Source: Dictyostelium discoideum (lineage: Eukaryota). From it: DNA of 64,000 nucleotides. Of the stretch, positions 51,001 through 63,800 are shown piece by piece; within the stretch, counting starts at the first letter, position 1, and each line of letters begins with the position of its first letter. The notes beneath the pieces were generated by a model that was not told the origin of the DNA, ran no database searches, and was given only the letters and a program-made list of their open reading frames with translations. The stretch is from contig CM000155.2 in the NCBI GenBank assembly GCA_000004695.1, forward strand, positions 3,392,001 to 3,456,000, read 5' to 3'. A program made the translations under genes and the position numbers.

Positions 51001-54000
51001 TTGTTTATTTGCAATCTTTAAGAGAAATAATAATTTATTTACAAAAGTAGAAGTTAAATCACAATCAATTGATTATTTAATTGAAAAGTATTGTTTAATC
51101 ATTGATAATGATGATGATAATGATGGTATCGATGATAATAGTATATTGGTTAATGGTGGTGTAGCATCAATTGATGATATGGTATTAGCAAGTACAACAG
51201 GAAAAGAAACAACAATTGTAAATAATGGTAAAAGATCATTAGCAAAATTAATTTTCCAAATTTTAAAATCAAATGTTGATTTAATCGATTGGAATAATAT
51301 TGCAACATATACAAAAAATATTTCAAAACAACAATTAAATATTATTCAAGCAATTGGTAATTTAATTGTTACACCATTATCAGTAACAAATCAAGTAACA
51401 GAATCAGATTTAATTTCAAAAACTCAATTAGATATTATTAATAATAGAATGAAAATTAAACAATATGAATTAATTTCAAATACAATCGCAACAGATTTAA
51501 TTAAACCAATTATAAATAATAGTATTTTATTCAGAATTTTAGAAATTAATTCAGGATTTGGATATTTATCAGAAATGATAATTAATAAAATTAATCAATT
51601 ATTAATAGAATTTGAAAGTAGTTATGAAATTGAAATTGAATTTACATTCACATTAAATGGTACAAATCAAGATGATAATAAAGAAATTTCAAATTCAATT
51701 AAAGAAAAGTTGACAAATTTATTAATTTCAAAATCATCAATATCAATCATTTTTAAAGAATTAAATTTAAATGAATCATTTTTAGAACAAAAATTTAATC
51801 CATCTTATTATGATTTAATAGTTTTAACAAATTTATCAACAATTACAAATTTAAATGAATCAATTGAATTTATAAATTCAATTTTATATCCAAATGGTCA
51901 TTTAATTATAATTGATACAAAAAATCAATCAAACTTCCAAGATTATGAAATTTTTGAACAATTTTTAATTTTTGATAACTTTGGAGGTGGTATTGTAGAT
52001 GATAATATTGATTGGGTTAAAATATTTCAAGATAATAATATAAATAGGGTTGTTGCAACACCAAATATTAAACCACATGTAATTCAAGTTCAAAAATCAA
52101 AATTATATGAGAAAGTAATGGGTACACTTGATGATATTACAGGGCCATATGATCAAATCATTATAATTGGTTATCAGTTACAAGGTACAGATGAAGATAA
52201 TTTCCAAAGCCCGATTATGGATATTAATAAACAAGGTACAGATATTTATAGAATTAAAACTATTGAAGAATTTGAAAAACATTGTTCGACAATACCACCA
52301 ACAGATAAATCAATTTTATTCTTTATTTCAGCAATGAATAATTTATCATTAGAAAATTATAAACAAGTTAATTTTGATTATATTAAAATCAATCAATATT
52401 TATTAGCAAATAAATTAGGATCTCTATTTATTTTAGCAACTAAAAGTGCATTAAAAGAATCAACCAATGCATTAGCAGCATCATTAATTGGTAGTTTTAG
52501 ATATTTTTCAGAGTTTTCAAATATTTTAAATTTATATTCATTCGATTTTGGTGAGGATGTATATACCCTTTCAAAAGAAATATCATTAAAATGGTTAAAT
52601 ATGGCAATTGATTTACTAGATCCAAATAAACATATTCAAAGAGAATATATTTTTAGAAATGGTAATGAAACTTGGTTTGAAAGAATTGGTAAAATTAAAA
52701 GAGTTAAATCAAAATATCAATCAAAATCATATTTAGATGATAAAGAAGATTCATTAGTCGCAAGATTAGATCAAAATTTAGAATATCAATTAGAGGCAAA
52801 ACAAAGCAATTTAAAAGAAAATGAAATTGAAGTTCAAGTTGTAGCAACAGGTATTAATTTTAAAGATAGTTTAATTTTTAGAAATCTTGTACCACCAGTT
52901 TTAGCAAATCATGAAGGTGATTTTAGTAAACCTGAATTTGGATTCGAATGTTCTGGTATCGTTTCAAGAATTGGTAGTAAAGTTAAAAAGTTTAAAGTTG
53001 GTGATTCAGTTTTAGGTATAAGTTGGAAATCAACATCATCTCATGCCATCAATTATCAAGATGCATTTGTTTTAAAACCAGATAACATTAGTTTTGTAGA
53101 AGCAGCTTCAATACCAATAGTATATTGTACTTCATTCTATTCATTATTTTATTCTGGTAATTTAAGTATTAAAAATAATGAATCAGTATTAATTCATCAA
53201 GCAAGTGGTGGTATTGGTTTAGCATGTTTAAATATTTTAAAATCATGTGGATTTAAATCAAAATTATATGTAACAGTTGGTTCAAAAGAAAAAGAAGATT
53301 ATCTAAGAGAAACCTATGGTGATTTTATAACTGGAATTTATTCATCAAGAAATACAGATTTCCTTGAAAATATTAAAACTGATCTTTCAAATAAAAATGA
53401 CAACAACAACAATAACAACAACAACAACAATGACAACAAAGAAAGTAACATCAAAGAACTTCTTGATAATGATGATGATGAAATTTTACCATTTATTCAT
53501 AAAAAAGGTGTTGATTTAATTATAAATACATTACCATTTGAATTTTTAGATACAAATTTCCTTTTACTTGGTCAAGGTGGTAGAATTGTAGATTTATCAG
53601 TTACTCATTTAAATAATAATGATACAACTGATTTTAGTAAATTCAAATGGTTCATTGGTTATAGTACAGTTGAAATATTTTATAATGGATTTGAAAAATC
53701 AAAACATATATTACAATTAATAACAGATATGATTAAAAATAAAGAATTACCATTAATACCAATTAAAGAGTATCCAATTAATCAAATTAAAGATGCAATC
53801 GACTTTATTGGTCAAAGAAAACATATTGGTAAAATTGTTATAAATCATAAATTAGGTTTAAGAGATGGTTGTTCAAATTTAGTACAAGATACAATTAAAA
53901 GTTTACAAAATCATTTAAAGGATAATTATTTAGTAGCTTCTCCAGATTTTAAATTCATGGGTGATAGTTTAGGTAAAACTATTTTATTAACAGGTCAAAC

Positions 54001-56362
54001 TGGTTTATCATTATCAATCGCTCAAGCTTGCTTATTAAATAATTATCAAGATTTAGAAGGTATAATTGTAATTTCAAAATCACCAATTAAACATGAATTA
54101 CAATATCTCATTTCATTAGCTAAATACCTTTCACGTAAAACTAGAGTTCATTTTAAACAAGCAGATTGTTCTAAATTTGATGAAATGAGAAAGGTAATAT
54201 CAGAAATTTATGAAAAAGATGATCCAAAATTATCACCAGTAGAATCAATATTTCATAATGCATTCGTACCAGTTATGTCAGAACCACAAGATATTGATAT
54301 GAAACATATTGATGATGCATATGATGCTAAAACAACTGGTGCAATGAATTTGTATATGTTAATGAGTATGTATGACTGGAAATTGAAAAACTTTTTTTTT
54401 AGTTCTTCCATTACTTCAGTTTCAGGTAGTTCACGTCAAGCAGGTTATTGTGGTGCAAATCTTGTATTAGAATCAATGGCTAAAGTTATTCAATCTCAAG
54501 GTATAAGATGTTCAACAATTTGTTGGGGTATTATTGGTGATACTGGTTATGTTTCACGTAATGAATCGGTTGCTAAATTTTTAAACGGTCTAGGTAATGC
54601 CCCAATGCCTTTGAATATGGTTTTAGGTTCATTAGATTTATTATTACAACAACCAACCCTATCAACAGATACTACAATCATTGCATCATTTGATTTTAAT
54701 AATTTACCAAAACTATCAAGAGATGGAAGTAATAATATTAGTTATAAATTTGATTACTTTACAAATCCAATTCAATCAAATCAAAATAATTGTTCAAGTG
54801 ATGATCTTTCAATTAGAGAACAAATTCTTGCAAAATTTTCAGAGTTTTTATCAGTCGATGATCAATCTAAAATTAATTTAGATATAAAATTATTAGATTA
54901 TGGTGCAGATTCAATGGTAATTGTAGAGTTAAAGAATTATTTAGATAAAACATATACACCAAATATTTTATCTATACAACAACTTCAAAATATTACAATT
55001 AATCAATTAATTCAATCAGTAACAGATGCAATGAATAAATTAAATGGTAATGAAAATAAATCAATTAAAAAATCAAATAAATTAGTACAACAAAAACAAA
55101 TCGATTGGGTAAAAGAAATTAAATTAGATTCATCTATAAAACCAACTGATGAAATGATTAAATTATTTAAACAACTACAACAACAAGCATCAACAACAAC
55201 AAGTAATACAGTATTTTTAACAGGTTCAAGTGGTTTTATTGGAATTTATATTCTATTTTATTTAATTAAATCAGTTAATTGTAAAATTGTATATTGTTTA
55301 ATTAGAAGAAAAACAATTGAAGAAGCAACAACATTTTTAATTGAATTTTTAAAAGTTCATCAATTATATAATCAATTAACAACAGATGAAATTAATAAAA
55401 TCAAACCAGTATTAGGTGATTATACATTAGATTCATTTGGACTTTCAGTTGATCAATATACAAATATTTCAAATAATGTAGATTTAATTATAAATAGTGC
55501 TGCAAGTGTAAACTATCAAATGGGTTATGAAGATTCAAAAGTTGAAAGTGTAGAAGGTGTACTTCAATGTTTAAGATTTTCATGTCATAATAAATTAAAG
55601 AAATTATTTCAAGTTAGCACTCTTGGCATTTATTCAGATGATAAAAGAGATAATTTAGATGATTATACATTCGCTCAAATTGATCCAAAAATTATTCAAT
55701 CTAAAAATTCAATTATCAATGGTTATTTACAAGGTAAAATCGTATCAGAATATCATATTAAAGAAGCTGCAAATAGAGGTATACCTTGTTGTATCATTAG
55801 ATTACCTTTTATTGGTCCAAATCCAAATACTGGTGTTGGTAGAGATTTAGATTTATTTCAAACATTATTTCAATCATGTTATGCAATGTCAACATATCCA
55901 AAACAAGAATCAGGTCTTCAATTTTATGCAACACCAGTTACTTGGGCAGCTCAAAACTTATCATTCATTTCATTGAATCCAAAATGTTGGTCAACTTCAT
56001 CAAATCATCCATCATCAATTTCAGAAAATTTAACATGCTACAGTTTATTTGGTGAATCAATTTGTTTTAATGTTTTATTAACAGAATTAGCAACACAATT
56101 AAAATGGAAACCAACTTCATCTGGTGAATTTTTAAAGAAATTGAGATCATTCCCAAATGAACCATCTTGTAAAAAACTTCATATTGTCTTAAAAAATACA
56201 AAAAATTTATTACTCAATGTTTATATACCTGGTAATTATAAATTAAATCCAACTTTAAAACAATTACTACAATCAAATAATACTTATGAAGGTTGGAAAA
56301 TTACACCAGAAATGATTTTAACTCATTTATCTTTTATCTTTAAAAAAAAATTAAATAAATAA
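46259..56362 (+). CDS. Type I iterative polyketide synthase (KS-AT-DH-cMT-ER-KR-ACP-thioester reductase), 7 exons, ~3080 aa
   Basis: Exons 46259..46388, 46574..46647, 46882..46990, 47089..47278, 47384..47600, 47734..47995 and 48108..56362. All junctions are GT/AG and phase-consistent. Motifs: KS DTACSSS / HGTSTQIGD / [10 protein letters not shown]; AT GHSLGE; c[12 protein letters not shown]; [14 protein letters not shown]; [13 protein letters not shown]; [11 protein letters not shown]; [12 protein letters not shown] and YLQGK. Confidence 0.9.
46670..46860. repeat. Minisatellite inside PKS intron 2: (aat)n-aaaattacaaat units
   Basis: About 5 tandem ~27-33-bp units, visible directly. Confidence 0.8.
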
Positions 56363-56552
56363 AAGTGAATATCAATAAATAAATAAAATTTTTTTTTTTT
56401 TTTTCTCATAAATCGGTCATTTTTTATTTTTTATATTACTCATTGGCAATTTTTAAATCAAAAAAAAAAAAAAAGAAATATTATAAAGGATCAGTGGGTT
56501 AATTAAAAAGTTGAGATTGAAATTTTTATTTTTATTTTTTTCTTCAAAACCT

Positions 56553-56635
56553 TGCAAGAGGCGAGATTCGAACTCGCGAACCGAATGGATGAGATCTTAA
56601 GTCACACGGATTTAACCAGACTTTCCTACCCTTGC
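56553..56635 (-). tRNA. tRNA-Leu (anticodon TAA), copy 2 (identical to copy 1)
   Basis: Same 83-nt sequence as 39954..40036. Confidence 0.8.
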
Positions 56636-57222
56636 TTTGGATGGTTTTAAAAAATTTTAGAGGTATATGTTCAATTTTAATATAATAATCTTAAAGATTT
56701 ATTGGATTTTTTTTTAAAATCGTTTAGTTAAGAAAATATATTTAATTTTATAAACAATTTTTGAAAATTAGTTCTTTAAATAATTTTTTTTTATTGTTCA
56801 TTTCTGTTCAAAGAAAAAAATATTATTATTTTTTTGAGAGTTTCATTTTTATTATAATTAATTTTTTTTTATTTTTGTTTTTTTTTTTTTATTTTTTTAT
56901 TTTTTTTTTTTTTATTTTAAATTTTGACAAAAATGGTATAAGGGAGAGATGGTGCCGATTAAACTTTGGTTTTTTTTTTATTTTTTTAATTTCATTGAAA
57001 ATTCTAAATTTATATGAAAAAAACAATTCTCTAAATCATTGTTTTGAGACCTTTTGTAAATAATTATTTTTTAATCTTTTAAATTAATTTATTTTTTTTC
57101 AACACTGTTTAAAAAAATATAAAAAGAAGTTTTTTTTTTTAAAAAAAATTTAATCAATTAAAAAGAAATAATAATATTTTTAAAAAACATAGTAATAAAT
57201 AAATTTTAAAATTTGATAAAAG

Positions 57223-57707
57223 ATGAAAGTCCATTGCCAATTACTAACAAATAATAATAATAATAATGAAACAATAGATTTTGAAGTAGATCAAGATAAT
57301 ACTTTATTAGTAGATTTAAAACAAATGATATATAATAAAACTGGTACTCCAGTAAATAGACAAGCTGTAAATATTTAAAAGTTTTGGTATGTCAATAATT
57401 TTATTTTATTTTTACTAACTAACACAAACCTTTTTTAATATTTTAGATTGAATTGGAAAATAAAAAGTTACCACATAGATACGATAAAAAGTCAATATCA
57501 AAACTCCACATTAATGAATCATCAAATATAAGAGTTGTTTATGTTTTGGAAGGTGGCTGTTGCGGTGTTGGTTGTGATATTTGTGTATGTATTTTCTTTT
57601 TTTAATAAACCCTTAAAAATATATTATTAACATATTTTTTAAAAAATATTTGAAAAATAAAAAAAAAATAGGGTTGTGGTGGAAGTTGTAGATGTTCAAT
57701 TCAATAA
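57223..57707 (+). CDS. Ubiquitin-fold / Cys-rich / CaaX protein, copy 2, 3 exons
   Basis: Same exon structure as copy 1 (exon 3 57672..57707 GCGGSCRCSIQ*). Two amino-acid differences (L8, A48). Intact ORF. Confidence 0.65.
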
Positions 57708-57718
57708 ATTTCATAATG

Positions 57719-57738
57719 AGATGTGAGATCTCACATCT
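57719..57738. repeat. 20-bp perfect palindrome agatgtgagatctcacatct at the distal edge of duplication copy 2
   Basis: Exact self-complementarity. The left half overlaps the last shared bases (gagat) of the duplicated unit. Confidence 0.8.
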
Positions 57739-57814
57739 TTTTTAATTTGTAAAAAGAAAACAAAATAAATAAAAATCTTTAAAGAATTTTTTTTTTAAAA
57801 AAAAAAAAAAAAGT

Positions 57815-60800
57815 TTATTTGTAATTTATAAATTTAATTTTTTTAAAGGTAAAAGATAAATGAGTTAAAATCATTTCTGGTGTAATTTTCCAACCTTTAT
57901 AAGTGTTATTTGATTGTAATAATTGTTTTAAAGTTGGATTTAATTTATAATTACCAGGTATATAAATATTGAGTAATAAATTTTTTGAATTTTTCAAAAC
58001 AACATGAAGTTTATTACAAGATGGTTCATTTGGGAATGATTTTAATTTCTTTAAAAATTCACCGGGTGGAGTTGGTTTCCATTTTAATTGTGATGCTAAT
58101 TCTGTTAATAAAACATTAAAACAAATTGATTCACCAAATAAATTATAACATGTTAAATTTTCTGAAATTGATGATGGATTATTTGATGAAGTTGACCAAC
58201 ATTTTGGATTCATTGAAATGAATGATAAGTTTTGAGCTACCCAAGTAACTGGTGTTGAATATAATTGAAGACCTGATTCTTGTTTTGGATATGTTGACAT
58301 TGCATAACATGATTGTAATAATGTTTGGAAAAAATCTGAATCATTACCAACACCAGTACTTGGATTTGGACCAATAAAAGGTAATCTAATGATACAACAT
58401 GGTATACCTCTATTTGCAGCTTCTTTAATATGATATTCTGATACGATTTTACCTTGTAAATAACCATTGATAATTGAATTTTTAGATTGAATAATTTTTG
58501 GATCAATTTGAGCGAATGTATAATCATCTAAATTATCTCTTTTATCATCTGAATAAACACCAAGAGTGCTAACTTGAACAAATTTCTTTAATTTATTATG
58601 ACATGAAAATCTTAAACATTGAAGTACACCTTCTACACTTTCAACTTTTGAATCTTCATAATCCATTAGAAAACTTACACTTGCAGCACTATTTATAATT
58701 AAATCTACATTATTTGAAAGATTTGTATACTGATCAACTGAAAGTCCAAATGAATCTAATGTATAATCACCTAATACTGGTTTGATTTTATTAATTTCAT
58801 CTGTTGTTAATTGATTATATAATTGATGAACTTTTAAAAATTCAATTAAAAATGTTGTTGCTTCTTCAATTGTTTTTCTTCTAATTAAACAATATACAAT
58901 TTTACAATTAACTGATTTAATTAAATAAAATAGAATATAAATTCCAATAAAACCACTTGAACCTGTTAAAAATACTGTATTACTAGTTGTTGTAGTTGGT
59001 GATGCTAGTTGTTGTTGTAATTGTTTAAATAATTTAATCATTTCATCAGTTGGTTTTATAGATGAATCTAATTTAATTTCTTTTACCCAATCGATTTGTT
59101 TTTGTTGTACTAATTTATTTGATTTTTTAATTGATTTATTTTCATTACCATTTAATTTATTCATTGCATCTGTTACTGATTGAATTAATTGATTAATTGT
59201 AACATTTTGAAGTTGTTGTATAGATAAAATATTTGGTGTATATGTTTTATCTAAATAATTCTTTAACTCTACAATTACCATTGAATCTGCACCATAATCT
59301 AATAATTTTATATCTAAATTAATTTTAGATTGATCATCAACTGATAAAAACTCTGAAAATTTTGCAAGAATTTCTTCTCTAATTGAAAGATCATCACTTG
59401 AACAATTATTTTGATTTGATTGAATTGGATTTGTAAAGTAATCAAATTTATAATAAAGATTATTACTTCCATTTGTTGATAGTTTTGGTAAATTATTAAA
59501 ATCAAATGATGCAACGATTGTAGTATCTGTTGATAGGGTTGGTTGTTGTAATAATAAATCTAATGAACCTAAAACCATATTTGAAGGCATTGAAATATTA
59601 CCTAGACCATGTACATATTTTGAAACTGATTCATTACGTGAAACATAACCAATATCACCAATAGAACCCCAACAAATTGTTGAACATCTTATACCTTGAG
59701 ATTGAATAGTTTTAGCTATTGATTCTAATACAAGATTTGCACCACAATAACCTGCTTGACGCGAACTACCTGAAACTGAAGCAACTGAAGAACTAAAAAA
59801 AAAGTTTTTTAATTTCCAACCATTTAAAATCGCTAGCAAATATAGATTCATTGCACCAGTTGTTTTAGCATCATATGCATCATCAATATGTTTCATACCA
59901 ATATCTTGTGGTTCTGACATAACTGGTACGAATGCATTATGAAATATTGATTCTACTGGTGATAAATTAGGATCATCTTTTTCATAAATTTCTGATATTG
60001 CTTTGCTTATTTCATCAAATTTAGAACAATCTGCTTGTTTAAAATGAACTCTAGTTTTACGTGAAAGGTATTTAGCAAATGAAATGAGATATTGTAATTC
60101 ATTTCTAATTGGTGATTTTGAAATTACAATTATACCTTCTAAATCTTGATAATTATTTAATAAACTGATTTGAATGATTGATAATGATAAACCAGTTTGA
60201 CCTGTTAATAAAATAGTTTTACCTAAACTATCACCCATGAATTTAAAATCTGGAGAAGCTACTAAATAATTATCCTTTAAATGATTTTGTAAACTTTTAA
60301 TTGTATCTTGTACTAAATTTGAACAACCATCTCTTAAACCTACTTTATGATTTATAACAATTTTACCAATATGTTTTCTTTGACCGATAAATTCAATTGC
60401 ATCTTTAATTTGATTAATTGGATACTCTTTAATTGGTATTAATGGTAATTCTTTATTTTTAATCATATCTATTATTAATTGTAATATATGTTTTGATTTT
60501 TCAAATCCATTATAAAATATTTCAACTGTACTATAACCAATAAACCATTTGAATTTACTAAAATCAGTTGTATCATTATTATTTAAATGATTAACTGATA
60601 AATCTACAATTCTACCACCTTGACCAAGTAAAAGGAAATTTGTATCTAAAAATTCAAATGGTAATGTATTTATAATTAAATCAACACCTTTTTTATGAAT
60701 AAATGGTAAAATTTGATCAACATCATCAAAACTTTCATTAATGGTGTTATTTTCTTTGATTTCGTTGTTGTTGTTATTTATTTTTGAAAGATCAGTTTTA

Positions 60801-63800
60801 ATATTTTCAAGGAAATCTGTATTTCTTGATGAATAAATTCCAGTTATAAAATCACCATAGGTTTCTCTTAGATAATCTTCTTTTTCTTTTGAACCAACTG
60901 TTACATATAATTTTGATTTAAATCCACATGATTTTAAAATATTTAAACATGCTAAACCAATACCACCACTTGCTTGATGAATTAATACTGATTCATTATT
61001 TTCAATTTTTAAATTACCAGAATAAAATAATGAATAGAATGAAGTACAATATACTAATGGTATTGAAGCTGCTTCTACAAAACTAATATTATCTGGTTTT
61101 AAAACAAATGCATCTTGATAATTGATGGCATGAGATGATGTTGATTTCCAACTTATACCTAAAACTGAATCACCAACTTTAAATTTTGTAACTTTGCTAC
61201 CAATTCTTGAAACGATACCAGAACATTCAATTCCAAATTCAGGTTTACTATAATCACCATCATGATTTGCCAAAACTGGTGGTACAAGATTTCTAAAAAT
61301 TAAACTATCTTTAAAATTAATACCAGTTGCCACAACTTGAACTTCAATTTCATTTTCTTTTAAATTGCTTTGTTTTGCCTCTAATTGATACTCTAAATTT
61401 TGATTTAATCTTGCGACTAATGAATCTTCTTTATCATCTAAATATGATTTTGATTGATATTTTGATTTAACTCTTTTAATTTTACCAATTCTTTCAAACC
61501 AAGTTTCATTACCATTTCTAAAAATATATTCTCTTTGAATATGTTTATTTGGATCTAGTAAATCAATTGCCATATTCATCCATTTAAATGGTGATCCACT
61601 AGCAATGGTAAATACCATTTCACCAAAATCGAATGAATATAAATTTAAAATATTTGAAAACTCTGAAAAGTATCTAAAACTACCAATTAATGATGCTGCT
61701 AATGCATTGGTTGATTCTTTTAATGCACTTCTAGTTGCTAAAATAAATGGACATCTTAATTTATTTGCTAATAAATATTGATTGATTTTAATATAATCAA
61801 AATTAACTTGTTTATAATCACCCAATGATAAATTATTCATTGCTGAAATAAAAAATAAAATTGATTTATCTGTTGGTGGTATTGTTAAACAATGTTTTTC
61901 AAATTCTTCAATAGTTTTAATTCTATAAATATCTGTACCTTGTTTATTAATATCCATAATTGGATTTTGGAAAAGATCTTCATTTGTATCTTGCATTTGA
62001 TCACCAATTATAATAATTTGATCATATGGTCCTGTTATATCATCAAGTGTACTCATTACCTTATCATATAATTTTGATTTTTGAACTTGAATTACATGTG
62101 GTTGAATATTTGGTGTTACAATAGCATTATTTAAATTATTATTTTGAAATATTTGATTCCAATCAATATTATCATCTACAATACCACCTCCAAAGTTATC
62201 AAAAATTAAAAATTGTTCAAAAATTTCATAATCTTGAAAGTTTGATTGATTTTTTGTATCAATTATAATTAAATGACCATTTGGATATAAAATTGAATTT
62301 ATAAATTCAATTGATTCATTTAAATTTGTAATTGTTGATAAATTTGTTAAAACTATTAAATCATAATAAGATGGATTAAATTTTTGTTCTAAAAATGATT
62401 CATTTAAATTTAATTCTTTAAAAATGATTGATATTGATGATTTTGAAATTAATAAATTTGTTAACTTTTCTTTAATTGAATTTGAAATTTCTTTATTATC
62501 ATCTTGATTTGTACCATTTAATGTGAATGTAAATTCAATTTCAATTTCATAACTATTTTCAAATTCTATTAATAATTGATTAATTTTATTAATTATCATT
62601 TCTGATAAATATCCAAATCCTGAATTAATTTCTAAAATTCTGAATAAAATACTATTATTTATAATTGGTTTAATTAAATCTGTTGCGATTGTATTTGAAA
62701 TTAATTCATATTGTTTAATTTTCATTCTATTATTAATAATATCTAATTGAGTTTTTGAAATTAAATCTGATTCTGTTACTTGATTTGTTACTGATAATGG
62801 TGTAACAATTAAATTATCAATTGCTTGAATAATATTTAATTGTTGTTTTGAACTTGTATTTGTAAATGTTGCAATATTATCCCAATCGATTAAATCAACA
62901 TTTGATTTTAAAATTTGGAAAATTAATTTGGCTAATACTCTTTTACCATTATTTAAAATTGTTGTTTCTTTTCCTGCTGTACTTGCTAATACCATATCAT
63001 CGATTGATGCTACACCACCATTAACTAATATACTATTATCATCGATACCATCATTATCATCATCATTATCAATGATTAAACAATACTTTTCAATTAAATA
63101 ATCAATTGATTGTGATTTAATTTCTTCTTTTGTAAATAAATTATTATTTCTCTTAAAGATTGCGAATAAACAATTTGATAATGCTTTTCTAATTATTTGT
63201 GATTGCTCATCAGTTGTTTCAAAATTTAATTGATCAAATTTATCTTTTAATATTAATGGTGATGGTAATGTTGAATCTTTTGATTGATAACAAATTTTAT
63301 ATAAATTATCATTTGGACTTTCAATTATGTATTGATTTTTATATGGTGTTAATTGAGTGTAAACTACCAATGGCGAAAAGAATAGTATTGTACCATCTTG
63401 AAGCATTGTTAAAATTGAAACGAAATAAGATCCACATTTCTTTTCTTTTATTTGTGTATATGTATAAACAAATTTATGTTTTTCTCTATCTTCTGCTGAT
63501 TTTGGTATATTTTTTGAAAAGAATTTTAAATTTTCAATACTTGAAAATAACATTGGCTCTTTATTCTCTTTTACAGCACAGAATGGTTGAAAAGCAGAAT
63601 CAATTACACATAAATTTAAAAATGATTGATTATCATATGATGATAATGTTGTTAATGGTACTTTTGCTAAACAACAATTATGACCATAGCTAACTTCTTC
63701 AATACTTTGGAATTTACCTTCAAATGTAAATTGTGCTTTATATTTAATTGTTTCATAAAGTTCTTTCTTTTGAATGGTTACAAAATTAGTTTTTGCTTTT

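Noticed and set aside
50481-51014. 177-aa minus-strand ORF (and its mirror at 63199..63693 on plus)
   Set aside because: Antisense inside the PKS coding sequence. Hydrophobic I/L-rich artefact of AT-rich codons. Its duplication simply reflects the PKS duplication.
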